Below, in pieces: positions 1 to 9,419 of a stretch of 64,000 bases of DNA. Both the position numbers and the translations under genes were made by a program. The stretch comes from an uncultured Bacteroidales bacterium (GTDB lineage Bacteria > Bacteroidota > Bacteroidia > Bacteroidales > CAIWKO01): positions 19,177 to 83,176 of the forward strand of contig CAZPDS010000001.1 in assembly GCA_964585485.1 (NCBI GenBank), written 5' to 3'. The stretch's first letter is position 1. Each line of letters begins with the position of its first letter. The notes beneath the pieces were generated by a model. That model was not told the origin of the DNA. It did no database searches and saw only the letters and a program-made list of their open reading frames with translations.

Positions 1-1299
1 CTGTCCGCCCAGGCCTTCGGGTTTAACGGAGCTATAGTAGCCGTGAATTCCGCTGGCAGAGATGGAGAAAAACACATCGTCATCGGCCGAGTTGATGGGA
101 TAGCCAATATTTTCCGGTTCCGACCACACACCGTTCTCGTAGGTAGACTTAAAGATATCCAGCCCGCCCATCGTGCGATGGCCCTGTGAACTAAAATAAA
201 TAGTTTTACCGTTGGGGTGCATGAAGACGCCTTCTTCTTCGTGCTTGCTGTTCACCGCGGCGCCGAGGTTCACGGGCTCGGCCCATTTGCCTTTTTTATC
301 TTTTTTAGCCATCCAGATATCGCTGCCCCCGAAACCGCCTTCGCGGTCACTGACGAAATATAGCGTACGTCCATCGGGCGAGAAGGTTGCGGAAGATTCG
401 TGGTCCTTGGTATTGATGGTTTTGGGCAACTTTTCGGGTTTCGACCAGGTATCGCCTTTTAATTTGCACTGGTAAATATCGCCACCGTTCGATCCTTTGT
501 AGGTGAGCAGTGTCTGGCCATCGGGCGAAAGGCCTACGGTAGCATCGTGTTTGGTTCCATTAAGCGGTTTCACCGGGTTTTTCGGCGCATTCCACTCACC
601 GTTGACCTTGTCGGAGAAATACACGTCTTCGTAGTATTTGAGGTCGTTAGGATCGCGTTTTTTGCCGGTGGTATTATCACGGCGGGAGGTGAAAAAGATG
701 GAGGATTCGTCGGCCGTGATCAGGGGCGAATATTCCGGAAAGGTTGAATTAACGATACTTCCCAGGTTATCGATAAAGACCCGGGCCGGGTTTTTCACCA
801 ATTCCTTACCCACGTTACACTCGTTGATTTTCTTTTCGATGACAGGGCCTTCGGTTGCAATAACATCGGGTGAGGCCACGCTGCGAAACTCCTGATAGAA
901 CTGAATGGCCTTATCAAATTCGAGGTTCAGGTGATAGGCTTTGGCCAGCAGGTATTTCACGTCGGAGGCCACTGTGGGGCGGAGGGCCATGGCTTTTTCG
1001 AGGTAGGGAATCGACTTGATTTTTTGCATGGAAGCCAGGTAGCAACGGCCGATTTTGTAGTTCAGTTCGGCATTGTTGGGGTTGAATTCCTGGGCTTTCA
1101 GAAAATATGTCAGCGCGGTGGTGTACATGCCCTGCCCCAGCAAGTAATTCTTGTTGCCCTGTTTCAGGTTGGCTTTGGCTTCGTTGAGCTCTTTGGCCTT
1201 ATCCGGGAAATTGCTCTTGTCGAATTCGACATCCTGAGCCTGAAGACCGAAGACGGACAGAAGGCAAAAAATAAAGAGGAAGAGGATATGCTTTTTCAT
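1..1299 (-). CDS. Secreted TPR + PD40/TolB-like beta-propeller repeat protein, N-terminal 433 codons (C-terminus, probably an OmpA-like domain, lies beyond the window start)
   Basis: Absent from the ORF track because it runs off the window. My own reverse-strand translation from ATG (revcomp of 1297-1299) stays open to base 1. Signal peptide MKKHILFLFIFCLLSVFGLQAQ; TPR-like helices (NAELNYKIGRCYL, KYLLAKAYHLNLEFDKAIQFY); repeated PD40-type motifs (SPDGQTLLTY, SPDGRTLYFVSDREGGFGGSDIW, HPNGKTIYFSSQG..GGLDIF). The + strand ORFs at 212-1335 are antisense to it. Confidence 0.75.
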   Translation of the reverse strand, partial: MKKHILFLFIFCLLSVFGLQAQDVEFDKSNFPDKAKELNEAKANLKQGNKNYLLGQGMYTTALTYFLKAQEFNPNNAELNYKIGRCYLASMQKIKSIPYLEKAMALRPTVASDVKYLLAKAYHLNLEFDKAIQFYQEFRSVASPDVIATEGPVIEKKINECNVGKELVKNPARVFIDNLGSIVNSTFPEYSPLITADESSIFFTSRRDNTTGKKRDPNDLKYYEDVYFSDKVNGEWNAPKNPVKPLNGTKHDATVGLSPDGQTLLTYKGSNGGDIYQCKLKGDTWSKPEKLPKTINTKDHESSATFSPDGRTLYFVSDREGGFGGSDIWMAKKDKKGKWAEPVNLGAAVNSKHEEEGVFMHPNGKTIYFSSQGHRTMGGLDIFKSTYENGVWSEPENIGYPINSADDDVFFSISASGIHGYYSSVKPEGLGGQ

Positions 1300-1322
1300 A
1301 CTGCGTTGTTTTTTATTTCGGA

Positions 1323-2375
1323 TTATTTACACTGAAGTTTCACATAGTTATCGCCGGAGCTTACGCCAAGGCTGGCTGCTGTTTTCCAATCCGCGCAGGC
1401 TTCAGCAGATTTTCTCATCATCTCGTAAGAAATACCGCGGTTCAGGTAAGCATAACCGTAGGAGGCATTCAGTTCAATGGCCTTGTTAAAATCTTCCACC
1501 GCTGCACTATAATTGCCCTGCTTGTACTTCGCGTTGCCACGGTTGTTGTAGGCATAGGCGTAGTCGGGCTTTAGGCGGATGGCTTCGGTGTAATCCTTAA
1601 TAGCCATTTCGTACTCGCCCATTTCAAACCAGGCGGTACCACGGTTGTTGATAGCGATGTAATAATCCGGCTGGATTTCTACGGCGGCTGTGTAGGCTTC
1701 AACCGCACCCTGAAAATCCTTCAATTTTTTCTTTGCGCTGCCCAGGTTGTTGTAGCCAAAGGCCATGCTTTTATTATGCTTAACGGCCATCTGGTAGTCG
1801 TCGCGTGCTTCTTCGTATTTTTCCTGTTTAATTTTTGCGCTGGCCCTGTCGTTGTAGGCGTAGGCGTAGTCCGGCTTAATCTGAATGGCGTTGGTGAAAT
1901 CGCCGATGGCCATATCGTATTCGCCACGCTCAAAGTAAAGCCCACCGCGGTAGTAATACGCCTGGGCGTGATTGGCATCCATCTCGATGGCTTTGTTGTA
2001 ATCGGCGAAAGCACCGTCTTTATCCGCCAGCTCGTAGCGGGCTTTACCACGGTTAAAGAAGGATTTGGCCGTTGCGTGGATAGCAATGGATTTATCAAAA
2101 TCTTCGATAGCCCCTTTGAAATCGCGGGTTTCAATTTTCACCACGCCGCGGTTGTAATAGGCTTTCTCCAGGCTGGGTTTGGCGGTAATTGCATCTGTAA
2201 AGCGTTGCAGTGCTTCCGGCCACATTTTTTGCTCAAAGAGCCGAACGCCTTCGTTGTAGAGTCTTTCAGCCTTCTGGTCGTCACCGTCTTTAAACAGTGT
2301 ATCCACCTTTGTATCCTGAGCGAACAGCATCCCGCTCAACAGTACAAACGAAATCAGGAAAAAGAATTTTCTCAT
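1323..2375 (-). CDS. Secreted tetratricopeptide (TPR) repeat protein
   Basis: 350-aa ORF. Signal peptide MRKFFFLISFVLLSGMLFAQ, then many 34-residue units with the recurring AYYNRG/AYNNRG ... Y..A..D(F/Y)..AI.L.P pattern. Confidence 0.85.
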   Translation of the reverse strand: MRKFFFLISFVLLSGMLFAQDTKVDTLFKDGDDQKAERLYNEGVRLFEQKMWPEALQRFTDAITAKPSLEKAYYNRGVVKIETRDFKGAIEDFDKSIAIHATAKSFFNRGKARYELADKDGAFADYNKAIEMDANHAQAYYYRGGLYFERGEYDMAIGDFTNAIQIKPDYAYAYNDRASAKIKQEKYEEARDDYQMAVKHNKSMAFGYNNLGSAKKKLKDFQGAVEAYTAAVEIQPDYYIAINNRGTAWFEMGEYEMAIKDYTEAIRLKPDYAYAYNNRGNAKYKQGNYSAAVEDFNKAIELNASYGYAYLNRGISYEMMRKSAEACADWKTAASLGVSSGDNYVKLQCK

Positions 2376-2458
2376 AGCTATGAATTTTTGATTTTTTCTA
2401 ACCGCGGCAAAGTTAATAAAAATTTAATTTAATAAACCAAAATATATCCGGCTGTCAT

Positions 2459-3325
2459 TCAAAAGTTTCTAAACATAAAGTCGAGCAGGTAAAAAATAAG
2501 CAGCAGGATGCCGGCCAAACTGTTGCTCAGCGCGAAGATTCTTCCGAAGCGCTGGGTAATGCCGCCCTTGGTTTTCCAATGCTGCACCAACAACAGAGCG
2601 CAAAAAAACCCAGCGCCCAACGCCAAAATCCAGGAGTGATGACCCCGCCACAGAATGATCAGCAAGATAAAGAGGGACATTAGGTGTGAAAGGGCCGAGA
2701 TCCAGCGGGCTCTTTTCTCGCCGAGCACGGCCGGGATGGATTTTAGGTGGTTTTCCACATCGAACGAGCGGTCCTGGAGGGCATAAAGAATATCAAACCC
2801 CCCTACCCAGAAAATCACCAACGCGGTATACAGCAAGGGTTGCAGGGCGAAATGCCCGCACACCGCGAGGTAGGCACCGATGGGCGCCATGGCCAGGCCA
2901 AGCCCGAGAACATAATGCGCCAGTGCAGTGAAGCGCTTGGTGTAGCTGTAGCCTAAGATGATCAATAAAGCCAGTGGGGAGAGATAGAGGCACAGCCGAT
3001 TGATAAAGGCCGTGCAGAGGATAAATCCGGCGCAGCACAGGAGGGTAAAAAGCAAAGCGGCCCGCGGAGAGATACGACCTGCCGGGATTTCCCGTTGCGC
3101 GGTGCGTGGATTTTTTTGGTCGATGAAGCGATCGGCCCAGCGATTAAAAGCCATGGCAGCGCTACGGGCAAAAACCATACAGCCAAGTACCAGCAAAAAC
3201 AGCCGGGGGCTGAAGGTGCGACCACATTCTTCCCAGCCAATCAGGAAACCAATAACGGCAAAAGGAAGAGCAAAAAGGGTGTGACTGAACTTAATCAACG
3301 AAAACCACGCGCTGAAAGGCTGCAT
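2459..3325 (-). CDS. UbiA-family aromatic prenyltransferase (4-hydroxybenzoate polyprenyltransferase-like)
   Basis: 288-aa polytopic membrane protein. UbiA-type motif region NRWADRFIDQKNPRTAQREIPAGRIS and a second acidic motif YALQDRSFD. Confidence 0.8.
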   Translation of the reverse strand: MQPFSAWFSLIKFSHTLFALPFAVIGFLIGWEECGRTFSPRLFLLVLGCMVFARSAAMAFNRWADRFIDQKNPRTAQREIPAGRISPRAALLFTLLCCAGFILCTAFINRLCLYLSPLALLIILGYSYTKRFTALAHYVLGLGLAMAPIGAYLAVCGHFALQPLLYTALVIFWVGGFDILYALQDRSFDVENHLKSIPAVLGEKRARWISALSHLMSLFILLIILWRGHHSWILALGAGFFCALLLVQHWKTKGGITQRFGRIFALSNSLAGILLLIFYLLDFMFRNF

Positions 3326-3387
3326 AGAAGATCAGGGTGAAAGGCCGCATAAAAGTAAGGTTTTTTTTTCGATATAAAATTAAGCGC

Positions 3388-3395
3388 TACCTTTG
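3388..3395 (+). promoter_or_regulatory. Candidate Bacteroidota -7 promoter box TACCTTTG upstream of the YjbR-like gene
   Basis: Matches TAnnTTTG, 17 nt upstream of the ATG at 3412. Lies in the divergent intergenic region with the UbiA-family gene. Confidence 0.4.
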
Positions 3396-3411
3396 TATGT
3401 GACTATTTGCT

Positions 3412-3768
3412 ATGAATATTGAGGATTTCAGGAACTATTGCCTGCTGAAAAGGGGTGTTACGGAAGGTTTTCCGTTCGACGAAACCACACTTGTATTTAA
3501 AGTGATGGGGAAAATGTTCGCGCTTACCAGTCTGGACACGGCGTTCCGCGTGTCGCTGAAAACGACGCCCGATGAAGGGGAGCGGCTCCGATCGGCCTAC
3601 CCCTGCATTACGGCAGCGCCGCACATGAGCAAAGTGCATTGGATCATGGCGGGCCCTGACATAAGCTTCGATGATGGCATACTGAAAAGCCTGATCGATC
3701 GTTCGTACGATTTGGTTGTTGCCGGGCTGACCCGCAAACTTAAAAATGAATTAAATTCAGCTATATGA
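3412..3768 (+). CDS. MmcQ/YjbR-family (DUF419) putative DNA-binding protein
   Basis: 118 aa. N-terminus MNIEDFRNYCLLKRGVTEGFPFDETTLVFKVMGKMFAL is the typical YjbR pattern. Stop overlaps the next start (ATGA at 3765-3768). Confidence 0.7.
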   Translation: MNIEDFRNYCLLKRGVTEGFPFDETTLVFKVMGKMFALTSLDTAFRVSLKTTPDEGERLRSAYPCITAAPHMSKVHWIMAGPDISFDDGILKSLIDRSYDLVVAGLTRKLKNELNSAI

Positions 3769-4289
3769 TGAAGTATATCAGCGTTCTTCTTCTGGTGGTT
3801 CTGAGCGGGCTGATGCCGGTTTCTGCACAGAAAAATGTACTTATTCTGGAAAACCAGGCCACCAAAAAGATGTTCAAATATTATGAAGGCGACAAGATTG
3901 AAGTGCGCACCACCGACAGTCTCACGGTGAAAGGGATGATATCCGCAGTGCGCGACAGTGCCGTCGTGCTTGACTTTTACACGGAGCTACGCCTTGACAA
4001 AATCCGCGAGGTTCAGCGAAACCGGATGATTGTCAATGTTCTCTCGAAAGTGCTGATGATTGGCGGTGTTGGGCTGGTGGCCGTTGTGGGCATCAGTGAG
4101 GCGGTTGCCGGAACGGGCAATCTTAACATGAACCTGCTGTATGCCGGCGCCGGCGGCGCTGCTGCGGGGGCTCTGCTCATCCCCTTACAAAAATCTCATC
4201 ATTACATCGGTCCAACGCAATGGAAGCTTAAAGTGGTGCCGGTGGAAAAAGATTTCAACTACCAGAAAAACAAGACGATCACCTTTTAA
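3765..4289 (+). CDS. Hypothetical exported/membrane protein
   Basis: 174 aa. Signal peptide MMKYISVLLLVVLSGLMPVSAQ and two Gly/Ala-rich hydrophobic segments (VLMIGGVGLVAVVGI, YAGAGGAAAGALLI). Translationally coupled to the upstream gene. No family recognised. Confidence 0.6.
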   Translation: MMKYISVLLLVVLSGLMPVSAQKNVLILENQATKKMFKYYEGDKIEVRTTDSLTVKGMISAVRDSAVVLDFYTELRLDKIREVQRNRMIVNVLSKVLMIGGVGLVAVVGISEAVAGTGNLNMNLLYAGAGGAAAGALLIPLQKSHHYIGPTQWKLKVVPVEKDFNYQKNKTITF

Positions 4290-4303
4290 ACCGGATTCGC
4301 AGG

Positions 4304-5407
4304 ATGAGCAAGAAAAAACCCACCGAAAAATCCGCCTTATCGGTACAGCCGGGTATCGAGCAACCGTCGCAGGTTAGCCACGACGCCGTGCACCGGCTGC
4401 GTCAATCCCGGAAGCTTCATTATTCTGAGGAGGAGTTGTACGATGGCATACGGTCGTACAACCGCACCCTGCTCAGCAAAGCCATCACCCTGATTGAAAG
4501 CACCCGTCCGGAGGATCAGCAAGTAGCCCAAAAGCTGATTGAACGTTGCCTCCCGCATTCAGGGCAATCGATCCGCATTGGAATTACCGGGGTTCCGGGC
4601 GTTGGAAAAAGCACTTTTATTGAAGCCTTTGGTATTTACCTGACGCGGACGGGACATAAACTGGCCGTGCTCGCCATCGATCCCAGCAGCAGCCGCACCC
4701 GCGGCAGTATACTGGGCGATAAAACCCGCATGGAAGACCTTTCGCGCGACGCTAATGCTTTTATCCGCCCCTCCCCTTCGGCCGGTACGCTTGGCGGAGT
4801 AGCCCGGAAAACCTGGGAAACCGTGGTGTTATGCGAAGCCGCTGGTTTCGATGTCATACTGATCGAAACCGTGGGTGTAGGCCAATCCGAGACGGAGGTA
4901 CATTCCATGGTGGATTTCTTCCTTTTGCTGATGCTGGCGGGTGCCGGAGATGAGCTTCAGGGCATTAAGCGTGGAATTATGGAAATGGCCGATACCATTG
5001 TGATTAATAAGGCCGACGGGGAGAACATTCTGAAAGCCCGTACGGCCGCTGTTGAATACCGCAATGCCCTCTCCCTGTTCCCCCGCGGTGAATCCAACTG
5101 GCAACCGCCTGTTCTAACCTGTTCGGCCAAGTTCAATACCGACGTGGAGTCTGTCTGGCAGGTTATTGAAGAGTATAAAACACATACCAACGCCAACGGT
5201 TTTTTCGCCGCAAAACGCCGCACCCAGTCCAAAATCCGGATGCATCAGTCCATTGCGGAGCAACTAAACGCCCGTTTTTATCACAACAAGCAAATAGCCG
5301 CCCTTATTCCTTCTTACGAAAAAGCCCTGGCGGCGCAAAAAATCAGCGCCTACGAAGCGGCACGGGAATTACTTGAAAAATACAATGCGGAGACTGAGGC
5401 CGGATGA
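4304..5407 (+). CDS. meaB: Methylmalonyl-CoA mutase-associated G3E GTPase MeaB/ArgK
   Basis: 367 aa. P-loop GITGVPGVGKSTFIEAFG, ILIETVGVGQSE, and NKAD guanine-specificity motif. Confidence 0.9.
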   Translation: MSKKKPTEKSALSVQPGIEQPSQVSHDAVHRLRQSRKLHYSEEELYDGIRSYNRTLLSKAITLIESTRPEDQQVAQKLIERCLPHSGQSIRIGITGVPGVGKSTFIEAFGIYLTRTGHKLAVLAIDPSSSRTRGSILGDKTRMEDLSRDANAFIRPSPSAGTLGGVARKTWETVVLCEAAGFDVILIETVGVGQSETEVHSMVDFFLLLMLAGAGDELQGIKRGIMEMADTIVINKADGENILKARTAAVEYRNALSLFPRGESNWQPPVLTCSAKFNTDVESVWQVIEEYKTHTNANGFFAAKRRTQSKIRMHQSIAEQLNARFYHNKQIAALIPSYEKALAAQKISAYEAARELLEKYNAETEAG

Positions 5408-5436
5408 ATCCCGCCTGGTCCCTGGGCGTTAATTCT

Positions 5437-6702
5437 TTAAAATCCCGCCATAAATCGCACAAGCAGTCTGAAAAGATCGCTGTACTCCGTTAGTGGCAAG
5501 CCCTGTGGCCGGTCGGCCGGGGTGTGGTATTCGCGCCATTCGGGTCCGGTGGTGTAGATAAAGAACGACGGCACGCCTTTTTTGTAAAACCAGTAATGAT
5601 CGCTGTTGGCCGATTCGCCGCGGGGTCCCACTGCTTTCAGTAAACTATCGCTACGGTTGATTCCTTCGAGTTTTTCGAAGGCTTGTTTCAGGGCGTTTCC
5701 ATTCACCACACGAATTCCTTCACTGCCGGTGCCCACCATATCGAGGTTCAGCAGGAATTTAATAGACTCCAGCGGAAACAGGGGGTGTTCCGCATAGTAT
5801 TCCGATCCCAGTAAACCGGCCTCTTCCCCGCTAAAAAACAGAAAAGCCACCGAGTAGTCCGGTGCATTTTCCGGTTTGGAATAATGGCGCGCCAGATCCA
5901 GCAACATGGCGCAACCACTGGCGTTGTCGTTGGCTCCGGGGAAACAAAGCCCGGCCCCCATATGTCCAACATGATCATAATGGGCTGTGAACACCAGGAA
6001 GGAATCGGGTTGTTGGCGGCCTTTGATAAATGCCACCACGTTCTGTGTCAGGTAATTTTTCAGGAAAACACTTTCAATGTCGACGGTCACCGTTTTCGTT
6101 TTCGTGGGAATTTTTTCGCGTGGAACATAGACACTGAAGCCCTTCGCAAGTTCTCTTCCGCTGGAAACACCGAATACCTGCCGCGATTTGCCGGCATAAA
6201 TGAGGCCGCGTGCCGCCGCCAGCTCCGGCCGCTTAAGATCAGCAAAACCCGTATCCAGAATCAGTACGGTGTTTTCGAGGTTTTTCTTTTGAAAGTTCTT
6301 AAGCGCCCGGGGATTGCTCAGGCTGTTTTTAGTCAGCCACAGGGTTTTAAACGTCCCGGATACCGTTGGTGAGGAACTGCCGATCATATAGTCGTCGGCC
6401 GGTTGGAGGAGGCCGTCATTAAGCGAAAGACGGAGCCGTCCGGGAAACGTATTGAGGCTGATTGGAAAATGCTGAAAATAACTGCTGGCAAGTGGCAGGG
6501 CGGCTGTTTTCTCCAATTCCGCGGCAATAAATGCGGCGGCGATGTGATCGCCCTGGTAAACGTAGCCCCGTCCGTGCATACGGCAACTGGCCAGGGAATC
6601 AATCATCCGGCGTGCATAGGCCGTATCCTGAGCCTTTAGTTGAAATGGCTGCCCCAAGGTCAACAAACTCAGGAAAACAAGCAGGAGGGAACATTTTTTC
6701 AT
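5437..6702 (-). CDS. M28-family zinc aminopeptidase (secreted)
   Basis: ORF 5437..6798 trimmed to the internal ATG at 6700-6702, which gives signal peptide MKKCSLLLVFLSLLTLGQPFQLKAQ. M28 metal-ligand motifs HYDHVG, NDNASG, FFSGEEAGLLGS, NLDMVG. Confidence 0.85.
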   Translation of the reverse strand: MKKCSLLLVFLSLLTLGQPFQLKAQDTAYARRMIDSLASCRMHGRGYVYQGDHIAAAFIAAELEKTAALPLASSYFQHFPISLNTFPGRLRLSLNDGLLQPADDYMIGSSSPTVSGTFKTLWLTKNSLSNPRALKNFQKKNLENTVLILDTGFADLKRPELAAARGLIYAGKSRQVFGVSSGRELAKGFSVYVPREKIPTKTKTVTVDIESVFLKNYLTQNVVAFIKGRQQPDSFLVFTAHYDHVGHMGAGLCFPGANDNASGCAMLLDLARHYSKPENAPDYSVAFLFFSGEEAGLLGSEYYAEHPLFPLESIKFLLNLDMVGTGSEGIRVVNGNALKQAFEKLEGINRSDSLLKAVGPRGESANSDHYWFYKKGVPSFFIYTTGPEWREYHTPADRPQGLPLTEYSDLFRLLVRFMAGF

Positions 6703-6734
6703 GTGAAATACTGGTAGAAGTGAATAGCGCAGAT

Positions 6735-7544
6735 TTAGGCAAAGCGGCGGGAGACAAACACCCGTAAACGTTTGAGCCCGTCTGAGGTGTCTTTCCACTG
6801 CAAGACCGACTTCAACTCATCAAGAATGCGGCTGGCGCTCTCGATGTTCTCCTGGCGGTTGATTTCATCAATTGCGGTTTGGTAATCGCTCATACTCCCG
6901 CTGAAAAGCTCGTTGATAAAGACAAAGCGGTCGTTAACCCCGATGCCGGTGCGCAGGTCGGCAATGGGTTTCAGTAAGGTATCTGCCAGGGTCTTATCTT
7001 TTTTATCATGGCTGATTCGGTCGTTATAACTTTGAGCGTTGTTTTTAAATTTATCGGCCAGGGTGTTGCTTTCTGTTTGTGCAAAAAGGTCGGCTGTTGC
7101 GGATTTTTTTCCGGACTTTTTCAGCGGGGGTTCCACCTTCATCACGGGTTCGCTCCTGGGTTCTTCCACCGGGGGGGGTTCAACGGCCAGGACGTGCAGA
7201 TCGGGGGCGGGTTCTTCCTTTTCAGGGATAAGGTTTATCGCCGGGGTTCGTTCTTCCGCCGGAGGCTGAGTTTCGGGTTCCGGATCTGCGACAATGGTGA
7301 CCAGTTCCCGGGCTTCCGTATCGTCGGATGAGAGCGGATCCTGTTCCTGGCGGGGTTCCGGACGGAACTGTTGATTGAGTTTATTCAACTCCATCAGGTC
7401 TTCGTACAGGCGTCGCACATTCGACATCAGGATATCGATTTCGATTTGGGGGATTTTACCTTCATAGGCCTGAATGAGCCGGCTTTGCTCGTGAATCATG
7501 CCGATCACGTGATCAATATCGTTGAAAACAATGTACTTTGCCAT
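6735..7544 (-). CDS. Hypothetical protein with acidic Pro/Glu-rich central linker
   Basis: ORF 6735..7586 trimmed to MAKYIVFNDIDH (ATG at 7542-7544). Structured N- and C-terminal parts (C-terminal LRTGIGVNDRFVFINELFSG) flank a PEPETQPPAEE...PPPVEEP low-complexity linker. No family recognised. Confidence 0.6.
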   Translation of the reverse strand: MAKYIVFNDIDHVIGMIHEQSRLIQAYEGKIPQIEIDILMSNVRRLYEDLMELNKLNQQFRPEPRQEQDPLSSDDTEARELVTIVADPEPETQPPAEERTPAINLIPEKEEPAPDLHVLAVEPPPVEEPRSEPVMKVEPPLKKSGKKSATADLFAQTESNTLADKFKNNAQSYNDRISHDKKDKTLADTLLKPIADLRTGIGVNDRFVFINELFSGSMSDYQTAIDEINRQENIESASRILDELKSVLQWKDTSDGLKRLRVFVSRRFA

Positions 7545-7615
7545 AAAAATGAATTTCTCAATAAAACGTAAAGCAAAATAAATCATTTTATGATTGCCGA
7601 AAACCGTTTTTAAAA

Positions 7616-7623
7616 TATCTTTG
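7616..7623 (+). promoter_or_regulatory. Candidate -7 promoter box TATCTTTG upstream of tdk
   Basis: TAnnTTTG match, about 43 nt upstream of the tdk ATG (7666). Confidence 0.4.
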
Positions 7624-7665
7624 CTGAGCGGGTCCCGGTATTTGACCTAAAGTCCTGATAGTACA

Positions 7666-8250
7666 ATGTTTTTAGAAAACACCTCCCTTGAAAAACGCAA
7701 ACCCGGATGGATTGAAGTCATCTGCGGATCCATGTTTTCGGGTAAAACCGAAGAACTAATTCGTCGTTTACGCCGGGCCGTTTATGCAAAACAACGGGTG
7801 GAAATCTTCAAACCGGAGATTGACGTCCGCTACGACGACGAAAAGGTGGTTTCGCACAACGAAAACGCCATCAACAGTACGCCGGTTCAAAATGCGTCGC
7901 GCATATTGTTGTTGCTGAACGATGCCGAAGTTGTGGGAATAGATGAGGCGCAGTTCTTTGATGCGGAACTGCCAGCGGTTTGCAACGAACTGGCCGCCCG
8001 CGGAATCCGGGTGATCGTGGCGGGTCTCGACATGGATTATCTTGGGAAGCCCTTTGGCCCCATGCCGCAATTGATGGCAATGGCCGAATACGTTACCAAA
8101 GTTCACGCAATCTGCCTTGGATGCGGCGGTCAGGCCCATTATTCCTACCGGAAAATCGCCAACGACAAGCTGGTATTGCTGGGTGAAACCGACAGTTATG
8201 AACCGCTCTGCCGGCAGTGCTTCAACAATCGCATGAACGGAACGAAATAA
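7666..8250 (+). CDS. tdk: Thymidine kinase
   Basis: 194 aa. P-loop [24 protein letters not shown], and C-terminal zinc-ribbon cysteines (CLGCGG...CRQC). Confidence 0.95.
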   Translation: MFLENTSLEKRKPGWIEVICGSMFSGKTEELIRRLRRAVYAKQRVEIFKPEIDVRYDDEKVVSHNENAINSTPVQNASRILLLLNDAEVVGIDEAQFFDAELPAVCNELAARGIRVIVAGLDMDYLGKPFGPMPQLMAMAEYVTKVHAICLGCGGQAHYSYRKIANDKLVLLGETDSYEPLCRQCFNNRMNGTK

Positions 8251-8276
8251 AAAAACCGGCTTTCGCCGGTTTCATA
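8251..8276. terminator. Bidirectional intrinsic terminator between convergent tdk and the lipoprotein gene
   Basis: AAAAAA-CCGGC-TTTC-GCCGG-TTT. GC stem flanked by an A-run and a T-run. Stronger for the minus-strand gene (six U after the stem). Confidence 0.6.
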
Positions 8277-8280
8277 TTCT

Positions 8281-8658
8281 TTAGTTGATAAAGACTGTTT
8301 TATAGGTGGTCTCGCCGGGCACCAGGCGCACGGTGGCCTGACCGGTAAGTGCATCTTCGATGGGGCCGGTGCCGGTATTGGTATCTTTGACGGCGTCGAC
8401 TTTAAGAATGGCTTCCAGCTTAAAAGCGGCTTTAAACATCCCCGCATCATCTGTTTTTCCTTCAATACGGATATCTTCGTATTGTCCGCCAATCACCACG
8501 TCCGCGGCCGGAACCACCCGGTTGGTGTCAGATTGATATTTAACGGTAATCACACAAGGGATTTCCGTATTTTCCTTTTTACAGGCCGGAAGTAACATCA
8601 CGGCAACAAGGCCGGCGATGAGGATTACGGGCAGACAATTACGCAAGAATGATTTCAT
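8281..8658 (-). CDS. Hypothetical small lipoprotein
   Basis: ORF 8281..8697 trimmed to MKSFLRNCLPVILIAGLVAVMLLPACKK (lipobox LPAC). No family recognised. Confidence 0.6.
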   Translation of the reverse strand: MKSFLRNCLPVILIAGLVAVMLLPACKKENTEIPCVITVKYQSDTNRVVPAADVVIGGQYEDIRIEGKTDDAGMFKAAFKLEAILKVDAVKDTNTGTGPIEDALTGQATVRLVPGETTYKTVFIN

Positions 8659-8756
8659 AACACGGGTTTTATTTATCTTTGTGTAAAATTTGAACATTTT
8701 ACGCCTTTAATACAAAAAGGTTTTAAAAGTTAGCAAATATATTAAAAGAATTTGTT

Positions 8757-9404
8757 ATGAAAAAAAAGATCTGCGCAATTTTCGGAATTTTCATTTTAAC
8801 TTTTACCACCGTGAGTGCACAAATTATTGACGGAAAACCTGAACGTATGTTTTTGATTACCACAAGTATGGGTAATATTAAGTTAAAGTTGTACAACGAC
8901 ACCCCCCTGCATCGGGATAACTTTGTAACGATGGTTCAATCGGGCTGGTACAACAACTCGAATTTTCACCGTGTGATTAACCAGTTTATGATCCAGGGTG
9001 GTTGGAACAGTGAGGGCAAGGAAGATCCGGGGCACACTGTACCGGCGGAATTTATTGACGAGCATTTTCATGTGAAAGGCGCGTTGGCTGGAGCCCGCAT
9101 GCCGGACAATGTAAATCCGGAAAAAGCATCTTCGGGCAGTCAGTTCTACATTGTTCAGGGCCGGGTGTTTACTGACAAGGAACTGGATGAAATTCAGAAA
9201 CGTACGGGTCATTCGCTGACCCCGCAACAACGCGAGGTCTATAAGACCATCGGGGGTACTCCACATCTTGATGGCGCCTACACCGTTTTTGGTGAAGTAA
9301 CGGAAGGACTGGAGGTTATTGACAAAATTGCCGCCGTGGCCACGCGTTCGGATGGTCACCCCAAAACGGAGGTTATTTTCAGCATTAGCGAAATTACCGA
9401 GTAG
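8757..9404 (+). CDS. Cyclophilin-type peptidyl-prolyl cis-trans isomerase (exported)
   Basis: 215 aa. Signal peptide, then cyclophilin motifs FHRVINQFMIQGG and SSGSQFYIV. Confidence 0.9.
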   Translation: MKKKICAIFGIFILTFTTVSAQIIDGKPERMFLITTSMGNIKLKLYNDTPLHRDNFVTMVQSGWYNNSNFHRVINQFMIQGGWNSEGKEDPGHTVPAEFIDEHFHVKGALAGARMPDNVNPEKASSGSQFYIVQGRVFTDKELDEIQKRTGHSLTPQQREVYKTIGGTPHLDGAYTVFGEVTEGLEVIDKIAAVATRSDGHPKTEVIFSISEITE

Positions 9405-9419
9405 CTTCTTTATACGCCT

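Noticed and set aside
212-1335. Four + strand ORFs (87, 66, 85 and 134 aa)
   Set aside because: All are antisense to the open reverse-strand frame 1-1299, which encodes a signal peptide, TPRs and PD40 repeats.
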